Origin: Vicinamibacteria bacterium
GTDB lineage: Bacteria > Acidobacteriota > Vicinamibacteria > Vicinamibacterales > CAVVIG01
Assembly: GCA_041485905.1 (NCBI GenBank)
Contig: JBGPKK010000006.1
Location: forward strand, 1-57,911
Length of the DNA stretch: 57,911 bases
Direction: 5' to 3'
Under the pieces are notes generated by a model. The model had not been told where the DNA came from and ran no database searches. It saw nothing but the letters and a program-made list of their open reading frames with translations. Below are positions 18,315 through 27,349 of this stretch, one piece after another. The number at the start of each line of letters is the position of its first letter. Positions within the stretch are counted from its first letter, which is position 1. Position numbers and translations under genes: made by a program.

Positions 18315-19753
18315 CAGCACTCGGGAGAGGGGGACGAACGGCTGCCATTTCAGCCGTCTGCTTCCTGATCCTTGCGGTCGCCTTCTTCGCTCGAACAACG
18401 GGTATCCACATTGACGAGAGCAATTACCTGAAGCTCGCGCTGGTCGCGCCGTATGGCGACAGCGCGAGCACAGGAAAGCCGTTCCTGTTCTACCTGTCCA
18501 ACTACTTCTTCATGCACAGCATCGGATTCGCCTTCGGCCCGTTGAGGCCCATTTCGCTGCATCTTGCGTACATCGGCTTCTTTTTGGTGTCCCTGGCCTG
18601 GGCTGTTCCGGCGGCGGCTCGAAACCAGTCGTCGTCAGAGTCGTTGGCACGAGCGATCGTCCTGCTGGCCTCTCCGCTCGTGCTCTTGAACGCCACGTCG
18701 CTCATGATGGAGTCGGCTGCTCTCCCGCTCCTCACGTTCACGCTCGGGTGCATTCTCAGAGACAGCCCGGACGATCCTGACAGCGCCCCGCGGCTGCTAC
18801 TCGCCGTTGCCAGTGCGCTGGCCACCGCCGTGAAATCGACAACCATTCCGGCCCTGCTTCTCCTGGCGTTGGCCTTCCGCGGACGGCTGAAGAGCCGGGC
18901 CCATTTCATCCCCATTGGGATCGCCGCGGGACTTGCGTTGAATTACTTGGGTCTCCGGGGAATTGGCCCGAACGGGAATTTCGTATACGGAGGGCCTGCC
19001 GAGGTCTTTTCGACGACAGTGCTGATGGATCGATCGCTGAGCCGTGCAGGATCCTATGTTGGAACGTGGTTTTTCTTCGCAGGGATCGGCTTCGCAATCG
19101 CTGCAGCGTTGCGTCCATCCGAGGCGTTGAAAAATCGTGAGTTCCTGATCCTGACGCTCGGCTCTCTGGCCGGAGTCTTTCTGTTTCAGCTCGTCTCAGT
19201 GTTTCAGTTTGCCCGATATTGCTACCCTGTCATGTGGGCGGCTCTGCTCGGTGTGTGGCTGCTCATCGAGCTCGAGAATCGCGCGTTGGTGGGCTTACTG
19301 ATAGCTTTGCAGTTGGTTCAAGCCGTGCCGCTCTTCACGCATTCGATCGACCGCTTCAGACTGTGGCCGCCGTTGGTCACCGGGGAGTTGGTCGAATCGG
19401 GTGGCACGATTTTCACCGGATTCCCCATTTATGGGATGACGGCCTGGCAGCTCGTTCGCGACAACCGTCCCTGCGTTTGGATCAACTCGGAACATGGTGA
19501 GAAGAACGAGGTCCTCGACCAGTTCGTGAGATCGACGTTTCCAGGCGCCACCATCCTCCGTTCGAGCATCTTCGAGATCGCACGCGATCGTTCGTGCTCG
19601 CTCTCGAATACCGTTCGCTTCTGGAGAGAACACGTCGATGGTCCGGACGCCCCCTGCATAACGGGCTGCAGACGCTGTGAGTTCCAACGAGTCGACTATT
19701 TCGCTGTCATGCGGGGCTGGGTAAGAAATCAGACGTGCTGGCCGCGGCGCTGA
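18311..19753 (+). CDS. Polytopic membrane protein, probable GT-C (ArnT/PMT-like) glycosyltransferase
   Basis: IDESNY after TM1, GKP, many TM segments, ARY; Cys-rich C-terminal tail. Confidence 0.6.
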   Translation: MTALGRGGRTAAISAVCFLILAVAFFARTTGIHIDESNYLKLALVAPYGDSASTGKPFLFYLSNYFFMHSIGFAFGPLRPISLHLAYIGFFLVSLAWAVPAAARNQSSSESLARAIVLLASPLVLLNATSLMMESAALPLLTFTLGCILRDSPDDPDSAPRLLLAVASALATAVKSTTIPALLLLALAFRGRLKSRAHFIPIGIAAGLALNYLGLRGIGPNGNFVYGGPAEVFSTTVLMDRSLSRAGSYVGTWFFFAGIGFAIAAALRPSEALKNREFLILTLGSLAGVFLFQLVSVFQFARYCYPVMWAALLGVWLLIELENRALVGLLIALQLVQAVPLFTHSIDRFRLWPPLVTGELVESGGTIFTGFPIYGMTAWQLVRDNRPCVWINSEHGEKNEVLDQFVRSTFPGATILRSSIFEIARDRSCSLSNTVRFWREHVDGPDAPCITGCRRCEFQRVDYFAVMRGWVRNQTCWPRR

Positions 19754-19869
19754 CTGCCGGCAGAACAAGACATTCCCCGAACACCGGGGAAACCGACTAC
19801 CACGCCTTGACATTCCCGTCCTTCACTCCCTGGACAAGTCTGCCGCTACAATGGCGCTGACAGATCCGT

Positions 19870-21303
19870 ATGGAAATGATCGTCGTCGGCATCGTTCTGC
19901 TCGTGGCGACGCTCGGCCTGCGAGGGGCGAGTGGGAACCGCTACGTGCGCGGCAGGCTGCTCGTGTCGAGCATGCTTATCGCCGTGTACGTCCTGGCAGC
20001 GATGTCGGCGAAATATCTGCTCTCGCCGGACACGGCGCTGCTGGTTCGCACCGTTCAGCCGCTGCTCCTCGCTTTCGCGCTGATCAACGTCGTCGTCGCG
20101 CTGGCCATCAACCCGTGGCGATCGGATCGCATTCCCGATCGGTTTCCCAACATCGTGCAGGACGCGATCGTCATTGCGCTCTTCGGGATCGCCGCGACGC
20201 TCATCCTGCAGGAAAGGATTCTCGCCACCAGCGCGGTCGGCGCCGTCGTCATCGGCCTCGCGCTGCAGGATACGCTCGGCAACCTGTTTGCCGGCCTCGC
20301 GATCCAGGTCGAGAAGCCGTTCCGGGTCGGTCAGTGGGTGAACGTCGCCGGGAAGGATGGCCTCGTCAGCGAGATTACCTGGCGGGCGACGAAGATCCGG
20401 ACCAAGGCGGGCAACTTCGTCGTCGTGCCGAACAGCGCGCTGGCGCGCGACACCATCACGAATTACTCGGAGCCGATCGTCGAGTCGCGGCTGGAGGTGG
20501 ACGTCGGCGTCAGCTACGACATTCCGCCGAACAAGGTCAAAGCAGTCATCCGCGACGCGATTCGGGACGAGCCGCTGCTGGCGGCGGGCCACGAGCCGGA
20601 GGTGCTCATCGCCGACTTCGCGGCGTACGCGGTGACCTATCGGATTCGCGTGTGGACCGCAGACTTCGCCGCCGACGAGCACCTGCGCGATCGGGTGCGC
20701 TCGCGCGTGTATTACGCGTTCCGCCGGACGGGGGTCGAGATCCCCTATCCGACGCAGGTCGAAATTCGGCGCGACCTGACGGCGCCGCCGCCGCCCGACC
20801 CGGCGCTGGTCCAGGCGGCCCTTGGCGCGGTGGCGATCCTGGCGCCGCTCAGCGACGAGCAGCGCGCCGAACTGGCACGCCGGTCGAGGCTGCGCGAGTA
20901 TGCGGCTGGCGAGGCGATCGTTCGCCAGGGGGCGGCCGGCAGCTCCATGTTCGTGATCCAGGACGGAGAGGCGGTGGTGACCCTGGCTGCGCCGCGACGC
21001 GAGGTGGCCCACCTCAAGGCGGGCGACTTCTTCGGCGAGATGTCGCTGCTGACCGGCGATCCCCGCAGCGCCACGGTGACCGCGGTCACCGATTGCGCGG
21101 TGCTCGAAATTACAGTCGAGGATTTCAGAGGGCTGGTGCTCGCCGATCCGGCGGTCGTCGAGCGCGTCGCCCTGGCCGCGTCGACGCGTGGCGCCGAACT
21201 CGAACGCCACCGGGCGGAGGGCCTTGCGGCGCCGGCCGGAAGCGAGCCGCCGCACACCTTCGTGGCCCGCGTTCGCCGGTTTCTACATCTGGCCGCTTCT
21301 TGA
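19870..21303 (+). CDS. MscS-family mechanosensitive channel with C-terminal cyclic-nucleotide-binding domain
   Basis: IGLALQDTLGNLFAG, PFRVGQWV, VPNS, GVEIPYP; cNMP motif FFGEMSLLTGDPRSATV. Confidence 0.92.
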   Translation: MEMIVVGIVLLVATLGLRGASGNRYVRGRLLVSSMLIAVYVLAAMSAKYLLSPDTALLVRTVQPLLLAFALINVVVALAINPWRSDRIPDRFPNIVQDAIVIALFGIAATLILQERILATSAVGAVVIGLALQDTLGNLFAGLAIQVEKPFRVGQWVNVAGKDGLVSEITWRATKIRTKAGNFVVVPNSALARDTITNYSEPIVESRLEVDVGVSYDIPPNKVKAVIRDAIRDEPLLAAGHEPEVLIADFAAYAVTYRIRVWTADFAADEHLRDRVRSRVYYAFRRTGVEIPYPTQVEIRRDLTAPPPPDPALVQAALGAVAILAPLSDEQRAELARRSRLREYAAGEAIVRQGAAGSSMFVIQDGEAVVTLAAPRREVAHLKAGDFFGEMSLLTGDPRSATVTAVTDCAVLEITVEDFRGLVLADPAVVERVALAASTRGAELERHRAEGLAAPAGSEPPHTFVARVRRFLHLAAS

Positions 21304-21326
21304 CGTACCACATCCGATTCCCACAC

Positions 21327-21959
21327 CTACCGTCGGTATTCCCGATATCCCTGTTCGTAGCCCCGCTGAAACGCCGCCCGATAGTCCTGCTTGTACTGAT
21401 CGCGTGATCCGTAGCGGCTGTCGTAGTCGTGGTCGCCTTCGCGGTACCGCTTCGGTCGCCGGAAATCGTTGATCTCGCGATCGCGCGCATCTCGAAGTCC
21501 GGCTTCGAGACCGTCGCGGTAGCCGGTCTGCGCGGCCCCCGACCCGTACACTCCCCGCGTGTTTGGATAGCCATCGGGCGCTGTCACGGGCGGATAAATC
21601 CTGCCGCCGCCGCTGCGGTCGTAGCGCGCCACCCGGTTGTACCCTTCTGCGTAACCCGCCTGATACCCGTCCCGAAAAAAGCGGCGGTATCCGTTGCGAT
21701 CGCCGTAGCCGCGGTATCCGCTGTCGGCGTTGCGGTAATCGCTGTCGCGGTCAACCCGGAAGTCGCGACGATCGCGCGCGTCGCGCTCGCCGCGCTGCTG
21801 TCCGTCGCGGAAGCCGTTGTCGTACGCGAGCCGCTCGACGTCGCGGGAGTCGCGTTGAGCGGGATAACCGTATCGGGCCTGAGCGGCACAGGCCGTCGAA
21901 ATCGTCGATAAGCCGATCGTGACCAAGATAGCCGGCACCGATCGTTGTGGTTTGAACAT
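21327..21959 (-). CDS. Exported G/Y/R/D-rich repeat protein
   Basis: Signal peptide followed by two helical repeats (AYDNGFRDG...GYQAGYAEGY and GYRDGLEAG...FQRGYEQGY); start at ATG 21959. Confidence 0.75.
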   Translation of the reverse strand: MFKPQRSVPAILVTIGLSTISTACAAQARYGYPAQRDSRDVERLAYDNGFRDGQQRGERDARDRRDFRVDRDSDYRNADSGYRGYGDRNGYRRFFRDGYQAGYAEGYNRVARYDRSGGGRIYPPVTAPDGYPNTRGVYGSGAAQTGYRDGLEAGLRDARDREINDFRRPKRYREGDHDYDSRYGSRDQYKQDYRAAFQRGYEQGYREYRR

Positions 21960-21968
21960 GGGCTGAAC

Positions 21969-22046
21969 CCTCAAATCGGCGGACCTGATAGCGTCCGCCC
22001 TACGTACCTCAAAATCGGCGGACCTGATGAGGTCCACCCACGTACC
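21969..22046. repeat. Two tandem REP-like units of about 39 bp
   Basis: AATCGGCGGACCTGATAGCGTCCGCCCTACGTACC and AATCGGCGGACCTGATGAGGTCCACCCACGTACC. Confidence 0.8.
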
Positions 22047-22054
22047 TGCCGCAC

Positions 22055-22070
22055 TTCAAGCGGGATGCCA
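22055..22070 (-). promoter_or_regulatory. Putative sigma-54 promoter for 21327-21959
   Basis: Minus strand TGGCATCCCGCTTGAA (GG-N10-GA, near consensus TGGCAC-N5-TTGC). Confidence 0.5.
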
Positions 22071-22147
22071 CCGAGAGCGGTTGGTTTTGTTGAGGAAAAT
22101 GGCGCGAAGGAACGCGCGTGTCCTCTGACGACGACGGCTCGTCCGCC

Positions 22148-22654
22148 CTATTCCGCCCAGAGGAGCATGCGCGCCCCCGAGACCGGGATGTCAGTCGATT
22201 CGAAGATCAGGCCGGGCCCGCGCCGTTCGATGTCGGCCGGTGACACGCGGATGCGTTGTTTGAGGGCGGAGTCGGCGTCGACGATGCTGACGCCAAACCG
22301 GCTTCCTGGCGGGGCCAGGCGATAGACCCAGAACGGAAAGCTCGCCTGAACGATTTCCTCCTCGCCTGGAGAATAGACGAGCAGATGAATTGAAGTGACT
22401 TCCGAGTGCGCCGGGGGTGAGGCCTGCACGTCACGGACGACAGCGTCCGATCCGGCCTTCATTTCGACGAGAGCAGACTGGCCCGCAAACCGCGCGCGTG
22501 CCCGCCCGAACTGCGCGGCCGCGCTTTCGGCGGACGACGACTCACGGTGCACGTGTTGAGAAATCCAGTACACGACGCCGCCTGCGAGCGCAAGGCAGAA
22601 GACGATCGCGATGACGATCGTCGCGATGAGGATTGACGGCCAGGTCTTCTTCAT
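22148..22654 (-). CDS. Hypothetical membrane-anchored protein
   Basis: MKKTWPSILIATIVIAIVFCLALAGG; ATG overlaps the upstream stop (ATGA). Confidence 0.75.
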   Translation of the reverse strand: MKKTWPSILIATIVIAIVFCLALAGGVVYWISQHVHRESSSAESAAAQFGRARARFAGQSALVEMKAGSDAVVRDVQASPPAHSEVTSIHLLVYSPGEEEIVQASFPFWVYRLAPPGSRFGVSIVDADSALKQRIRVSPADIERRGPGLIFESTDIPVSGARMLLWAE

Positions 22655-23832
22655 TTCGTCAGCCGGCGCGCTTGGTCGGCAGTGGCGCCGTCGTTGTCTG
22701 CGTCGCACAGGGTGGCGGCCATCTGAAACTCCTGGCGCGCGGCGGCAGGCTTCCCGGCTTTGAGCGACAGTTTGCCGAGCTCGAAATACGCGCGGCCGTG
22801 CACCCACTTTCGTCCTTCTGATGAGACGGCCTGTCGAAGATCTTGTTCCGCCTCGGCGGGTCGGCCCAGTGCCGCCCGCGCCGCGCCGCGTTTGTAGAAC
22901 CACAACGCGTCCTCTCCGAACATCCTGACGCGCTGGTCGCTCGCGAACCGCGACATACCGTCGGTCAGAACGCGTTCCGCGTCCGCCGGCCGGCCGGCGC
23001 GCAGGCTCGTCGCCCCCGTTTCCAGCCACATCAGCCGATTGCGTGGATACTGCTGTCGCAGCACCGCCAACTGCCTGAGCGCATCGTCGTACCGCCTCTC
23101 GCGGTTGTATATGAGGAGGAGCGCGAAACGCGCGTCCGTCTGATTTTCGCCTGCATAGGAGGCCGCTTCCTCCACCATGAGCATGCCGCGCTCTTTTCCG
23201 CCCCCGAAGCCGGCCATGTAGGCGATCCAGCGCGCCGGCAGCGCGAGCACCGACACGATGTAGCGATACGATCCGACGACCAGCCCGGCGTCCTTTCGGC
23301 GCGCGTCGATCTCCAGGACCTTTTCATGCTCTTCGTAGGCTTCGCGCGCCGATCGAAAAGCCCCGAGCGCACGGCCTTCGACCGTGGCGACATACGACGC
23401 CCGCAGGCCGAGGGCCGCGCCCACTTGATAATGGCCGTCCGCATCCCGCGGGTTGGCTTCGATTCTCTTGCGGCCGAGCGCCAATGCCCGATCGATCGCG
23501 TCGCGAAAGGCGGCGGCGGTGGCTGGCGGCGGCGGTTCCGGCGGCGCGTTCGCGCGGCTGACGCGGCCCACGTAATCGTCGACCGTCATGGTTCCGCGGC
23601 GATACGTGATGCCCAGCCACAGGATCGTCGCCAACCCTCGATAGGCCGCTGCGTCTTGTGGATCGGCCGCGATCGCCTGACGAAACGTCGCCATTGCCTG
23701 ATCGTGATCCAGGTTGAAGAGCTCGGCCGACGCCCGCGCCCTGAGCGCGTCCGATTCGCGGTTGGCCATCGCCGATGGCGCGGTCAGACCGGCCACCACG
23801 ACGATGACGACCGCGCGGACCAACCAGTTCAT
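22651..23832 (-). CDS. Exported TPR protein
   Basis: Signal peptide; repeated TPR-like helices. Confidence 0.8.
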   Translation of the reverse strand: MNWLVRAVVIVVVAGLTAPSAMANRESDALRARASAELFNLDHDQAMATFRQAIAADPQDAAAYRGLATILWLGITYRRGTMTVDDYVGRVSRANAPPEPPPPATAAAFRDAIDRALALGRKRIEANPRDADGHYQVGAALGLRASYVATVEGRALGAFRSAREAYEEHEKVLEIDARRKDAGLVVGSYRYIVSVLALPARWIAYMAGFGGGKERGMLMVEEAASYAGENQTDARFALLLIYNRERRYDDALRQLAVLRQQYPRNRLMWLETGATSLRAGRPADAERVLTDGMSRFASDQRVRMFGEDALWFYKRGAARAALGRPAEAEQDLRQAVSSEGRKWVHGRAYFELGKLSLKAGKPAAARQEFQMAATLCDADNDGATADQARRLTK

Positions 23833-23877
23833 GGCGACATCTTACGTTCGGCCCCCCCCAAAGCGCCCGTTCGTCAC

Positions 23878-23907
23878 TTGCGCCCGCTTGTGCCTTCTGC
23901 ATACAAT
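23878..23907 (+). promoter_or_regulatory. Putative sigma-70 promoter of the oxidase operon
   Basis: TTGCGC-N18-TACAAT. Confidence 0.45.
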
Positions 23908-24014
23908 CTCACCGCTCGACACGACGTGTACGGCCGGCGGGGCCGAGGGTTCCCGCGCGACACAAGAAGCGCCTGCGGCCATCAGAAAACCGCGCCTGCG
24001 GCCAAGAGAGAGAC

Positions 24015-25790
24015 ATGGACAACGCAACGACCGTCGGAGCCGTGGCGCATGGGCACGCCCACGAGCATCCGCACGAAGAGCTCCCCTTCTGGCGAAAATA
24101 CATTTTTTCGGTCGATCACAAGACGATCGGCATCCAGTACGCCTTCACCGGCCTGCTCTTTCTGCTGTTCGGTTTCTGCCTGATGATGATCATGCGGTTT
24201 CAGCTGGCCTACCCGGGCCATCCGATTCCGCTGATCGGCAACTGGTTCGGTCCTGACAAGGCGCCGGGCGGCATCATGCTGCCGGAGTTCTACAACCAGC
24301 TCGGCGCCATGCACGGCACCATCATGGTGTTTCTGGGCGTCGTGCCGCTTGCCGTCGGCGGCTTCGGCAACTTCGTGGTGCCGCTGCAGATTGGCGCGCC
24401 GGACATGGCGTTCCCCAAGCTCAACATGGCGAGCTACTGGGTGTATTTCCTCGGCGGCGTCACGATGGTTGCCAGCTTCTTCGTCCCCAACGGCGCGGCG
24501 CAATCGGGCTGGACGTCTTACCCTCCGCTGTCCGTGATCGTCCAGGGCGGCGGGCAGACGATGTGGCTGATCGGCATGGTCTTCCTGATCACGTCGTCGC
24601 TGCTCGGGTCGGTGAACTTCATCGTGACGATCGTGCAGCTGCGGGCCAAGGGTCTCACCTTCATGCGCCTGCCGTTTTTCGTCTGGGCGCAGCTGGTCAC
24701 CGCGTTCCTGCTGCTGCTCGCGTTTCCTCCGCTCGAAGCGGCCGGCGTCCTGCAGTTGATGGACCGTCTGGCGGGCACCAGTTTTTTCATGCCGAGCGGC
24801 CTCGTCATCAGCGGCAAAGTGCTGACGGTCGCGGGCGGCGGCAATCCGATCCTGTGGCAGCATCTCTTCTGGTTCCTGGCCCACCCCGAGGTGTACGTAC
24901 TGGTTCTGCCCGCGATGGGCATCGTGAGCGAGGTCATCGCGAACAACACGCGCAAGCCGCTGTGGGGGTATCGCGCGCTGGTGTACTCGATCGTGTTTCT
25001 CGGCTTCATGTCGTTCATCGTCTGGGCGCATCACATGTTCATGACCGGCATGGGCACGACGATGAGTGCCTTCTTCCAGACGACGACGATGATTATCTCG
25101 ATTCCGTCGGTCGTTATCCTGACAGCGCTGCTGCTGTCGCTGTGGGGCGCGTCAATCCGCTTCACGACGCCGATGCTCTTCGCGCTGGCGTTTCTCCCCA
25201 TGTTCGGGATCGGCGGGCTGACCGGTCTGCCTTTGGGGCTCGCGCCGCCGGACATCCACCTGCACGACACCTACTACGTGATCGGACACTTCCACTACGT
25301 CGTCGCGCCGGGGACGATCTTCGCGCTCTTTGCGGGCATCTACTACTGGTTCCCGAAGGCGACGGGCAGGAAGATGAACGACCTGCTCGGCCAGATTCAT
25401 TTCTGGGGATCGTTCATCTGCATCAACACCGTCTTCATGCCGATGTTTATTCAGGGGTTGGGCGGCATGAACCGCCGGATGTACGACGGCGGCATGCTGT
25501 ACGGGCACAACGCGAACCTGTTGAAGTGGAACGTGGTGATCGGGTTCGCCGCCTGGGGGCTCGGTCTCTTCCAGATTCCGTTCATTATCAATTTCTTCTC
25601 GAGTATCAAGTGGGGCACGCTCGTCGATCGCAATCCGTGGCAAGCGACGACGCTGGAGTGGTCGGCGCCCTCGCCGCCGGGCCACGGCAACTTTCTGACC
25701 GAGCCGATCGTGTACCGCGGACCGTACGAGTACAGCATGCCGGGGGCCGCCACCGACTTCACGCCGCAGTTCGAGCCGGAACGGGCATGA
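24015..25790 (+). CDS. ctaD: Cytochrome c oxidase subunit I (type A)
   Basis: SVDHKTIG, MHGTIMVF, DMAFP, WFLAHPEVY, WAHHMF, HDTYYVIGHFHYV, MNRR. Confidence 0.97.
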   Translation: MDNATTVGAVAHGHAHEHPHEELPFWRKYIFSVDHKTIGIQYAFTGLLFLLFGFCLMMIMRFQLAYPGHPIPLIGNWFGPDKAPGGIMLPEFYNQLGAMHGTIMVFLGVVPLAVGGFGNFVVPLQIGAPDMAFPKLNMASYWVYFLGGVTMVASFFVPNGAAQSGWTSYPPLSVIVQGGGQTMWLIGMVFLITSSLLGSVNFIVTIVQLRAKGLTFMRLPFFVWAQLVTAFLLLLAFPPLEAAGVLQLMDRLAGTSFFMPSGLVISGKVLTVAGGGNPILWQHLFWFLAHPEVYVLVLPAMGIVSEVIANNTRKPLWGYRALVYSIVFLGFMSFIVWAHHMFMTGMGTTMSAFFQTTTMIISIPSVVILTALLLSLWGASIRFTTPMLFALAFLPMFGIGGLTGLPLGLAPPDIHLHDTYYVIGHFHYVVAPGTIFALFAGIYYWFPKATGRKMNDLLGQIHFWGSFICINTVFMPMFIQGLGGMNRRMYDGGMLYGHNANLLKWNVVIGFAAWGLGLFQIPFIINFFSSIKWGTLVDRNPWQATTLEWSAPSPPGHGNFLTEPIVYRGPYEYSMPGAATDFTPQFEPERA

Positions 25791-25850
25791 AGCGTGAAAT
25801 GCACGATGCAGAATGCTCAATGCATTTTGCATTCAACGTTTTGCATTACA
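25791..25850. repeat. Inverted heptamer array (AATGCAG / TGCATTY)
   Basis: aaatgcac gatgcag aatgctc aatgcattttgcattc; same family at 35984-36040. Confidence 0.65.
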
Positions 25851-25857
25851 GACCATC

Positions 25858-26442
25858 ATGAATATTCCGTACACAGTTGAAGAACGACCCGACACCGGGT
25901 TGGCGAACGGCAGGCTCGGCATCTGGTTGTTTCTGGCCTCCGAGGTGATGTTGTTCGGGGCCCTGTTCTCGACCTACATCATCCTGCGCGTCGGCGCGCT
26001 CGAATGGCCGCACGGCGAGTTGAGCATCACGCTGGGCGCCATCAACACCGTCATCCTCATCTCGTCATCGGTGACCATGGTGATGGCGTGGGCGTCGCTG
26101 AAGATGCGCGAGTGGGGCAAGCACCGCCTCTACCTGGCCCTGACGTTCGTGCTGGCGCTGGTCTTCTTGATCAACAAGTACTTCGAGTACTCGGCCCACC
26201 TCGCGGGGGGTGAAGGCCCCTGGCACAGCACCTTCCTGGCGATCTACTTCACGCTGACCGGTCTGCACGGCCTGCACATCGTCTGCGGGATGATCGTGAT
26301 GGGGTACTTCCTGGGCCCCGGCGCGAAGATGTGGAAGACGAGCCCGGAACAGTTCGTGAACCGGATCGAGTACACGGGGTTGTACTGGCACTTCGTGGAC
26401 CTTGTGTGGATCTTTCTGTTCCCGGTGTTGTATTTGTTGTAG
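25858..26442 (+). CDS. ctaE: Cytochrome c oxidase subunit III
   Basis: WLFLASEVMLFGALF, NTVILISSS, YFTLTGLHGLH, YWHFVDLVWIFLF. Confidence 0.95.
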   Translation: MNIPYTVEERPDTGLANGRLGIWLFLASEVMLFGALFSTYIILRVGALEWPHGELSITLGAINTVILISSSVTMVMAWASLKMREWGKHRLYLALTFVLALVFLINKYFEYSAHLAGGEGPWHSTFLAIYFTLTGLHGLHIVCGMIVMGYFLGPGAKMWKTSPEQFVNRIEYTGLYWHFVDLVWIFLFPVLYLL

Positions 26443-26507
26443 GGGCGGGGTTGAAACCCCGCCCCTGCGCGATGGGTGTGTAGCGACCGGTCTTTAGACC
26501 GGTCCGG
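26439..26507 (+). repeat. Pair of GTAG-type REP hairpins
   Basis: GTAG-GGGCGGGG-TTGAAA-CCCCGCCCC and GTAG-CGACCGGTC-TTTA-GACCGGTC; the first supplies the ctaE TAG stop. Confidence 0.75.
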
Positions 26508-26516
26508 AGCCAAGGA

Positions 26517-26858
26517 ATGCATTCTGATCCGGCTGCAATCAAGAAAAGCGTGCGCGGGTACTTCATGATCGGCGCCGCGCTGCTGGTGTTTACAGGCATC
26601 ACCGTGGCCGCCAACCGGTTCCACTTCGTGGTCCCCGTGGCGATCACCGTGGCGTTGATCATTGCGGCCATGAAGGGATCGATGGTTGCGGCGGTGTTCA
26701 TGCACCTCAACCACGAGAAGCGCTGGATCTACGGCGCTTTGCTGCTGACGGTCGTCTTCTTCATCGTCTTGATGTTCGTGCCGTTGCTGACGGTGCTCGA
26801 TCACATCGGGACGCCGCTCGACACGCTGCGCGCGGCGGGAGAGCGCGCGGGGCATTGA
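26517..26858 (+). CDS. ctaF: Cytochrome c oxidase subunit IV
   Basis: Three TM segments; KGSMVAAVFMHL. Confidence 0.85.
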   Translation: MHSDPAAIKKSVRGYFMIGAALLVFTGITVAANRFHFVVPVAITVALIIAAMKGSMVAAVFMHLNHEKRWIYGALLLTVVFFIVLMFVPLLTVLDHIGTPLDTLRAAGERAGH

Positions 26859-26859
26859 G

Positions 26860-27057
26860 ATGTCGCTGAGGGCGTTTCATCTGCTGTTCATCGCGTTGTC
26901 GGTCATCCTGGCGGCGTTCTGCGCCGCGTGGGCGATGGGCCAATACCGCGTGGATCACCGGCCGCTGTTGATCGCGGGCGCCATCGCCTCGCTCGCCGCT
27001 GCGTGCGTCCTGGCAGTCTACGGCACGGCGTTTCAGCGGAAGACGCGGAACTTGTAG
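26860..27057 (+). CDS. Small two-TM protein in the oxidase operon
   Basis: MSLRAFHLLFI; 1 nt after ctaF. Confidence 0.7.
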   Translation: MSLRAFHLLFIALSVILAAFCAAWAMGQYRVDHRPLLIAGAIASLAAACVLAVYGTAFQRKTRNL

Positions 27058-27064
27058 GCGGGGG

Positions 27065-27349
27065 ATGCTGCGCAAGGGCCTGTTCACAGCCGTTCTCGTC
27101 GTCGCTTCCGGCGCGCCGCGCGCGGTCCTCGCCTGTCCGGTGTGCTTCGGCCAGAGCGACTCGCCGATGGCCTGGAGCGTGAACATGGGCATCTTCGCGA
27201 TGCTGGTGGTGGTCGGCGGCGTCATGGTCGGCTTCGCGAGCTTTTTCGTGCATCTCTTCCGGCGGGCCCGTCTCGCCGAACAATCCTGTCCGGCTGAAGT
27301 AGGTCCGGTTAAAGCCGGACCCCACGTACGATACGGGGGAACGGTGTAA
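27065..27349 (+). CDS. Small membrane protein with CPVC motif
   Basis: Signal-like N-terminus, ACPVCFG, one TM; stop overlaps the ctaC start. Confidence 0.7.
   Translation: MLRKGLFTAVLVVASGAPRAVLACPVCFGQSDSPMAWSVNMGIFAMLVVVGGVMVGFASFFVHLFRRARLAEQSCPAEVGPVKAGPHVRYGGTV
27299..27330. repeat. REP-like palindrome read in frame as VGPVKAGPHVR
   Basis: GTAGGTCCGGTTAAAGCCGGACCCCACGTACG. Confidence 0.65.

Noticed and set aside
14783-19870. Prophage or integrative element at tRNA-Glu
   Set aside because: No integrase, phage genes or duplicated tRNA 3' end found
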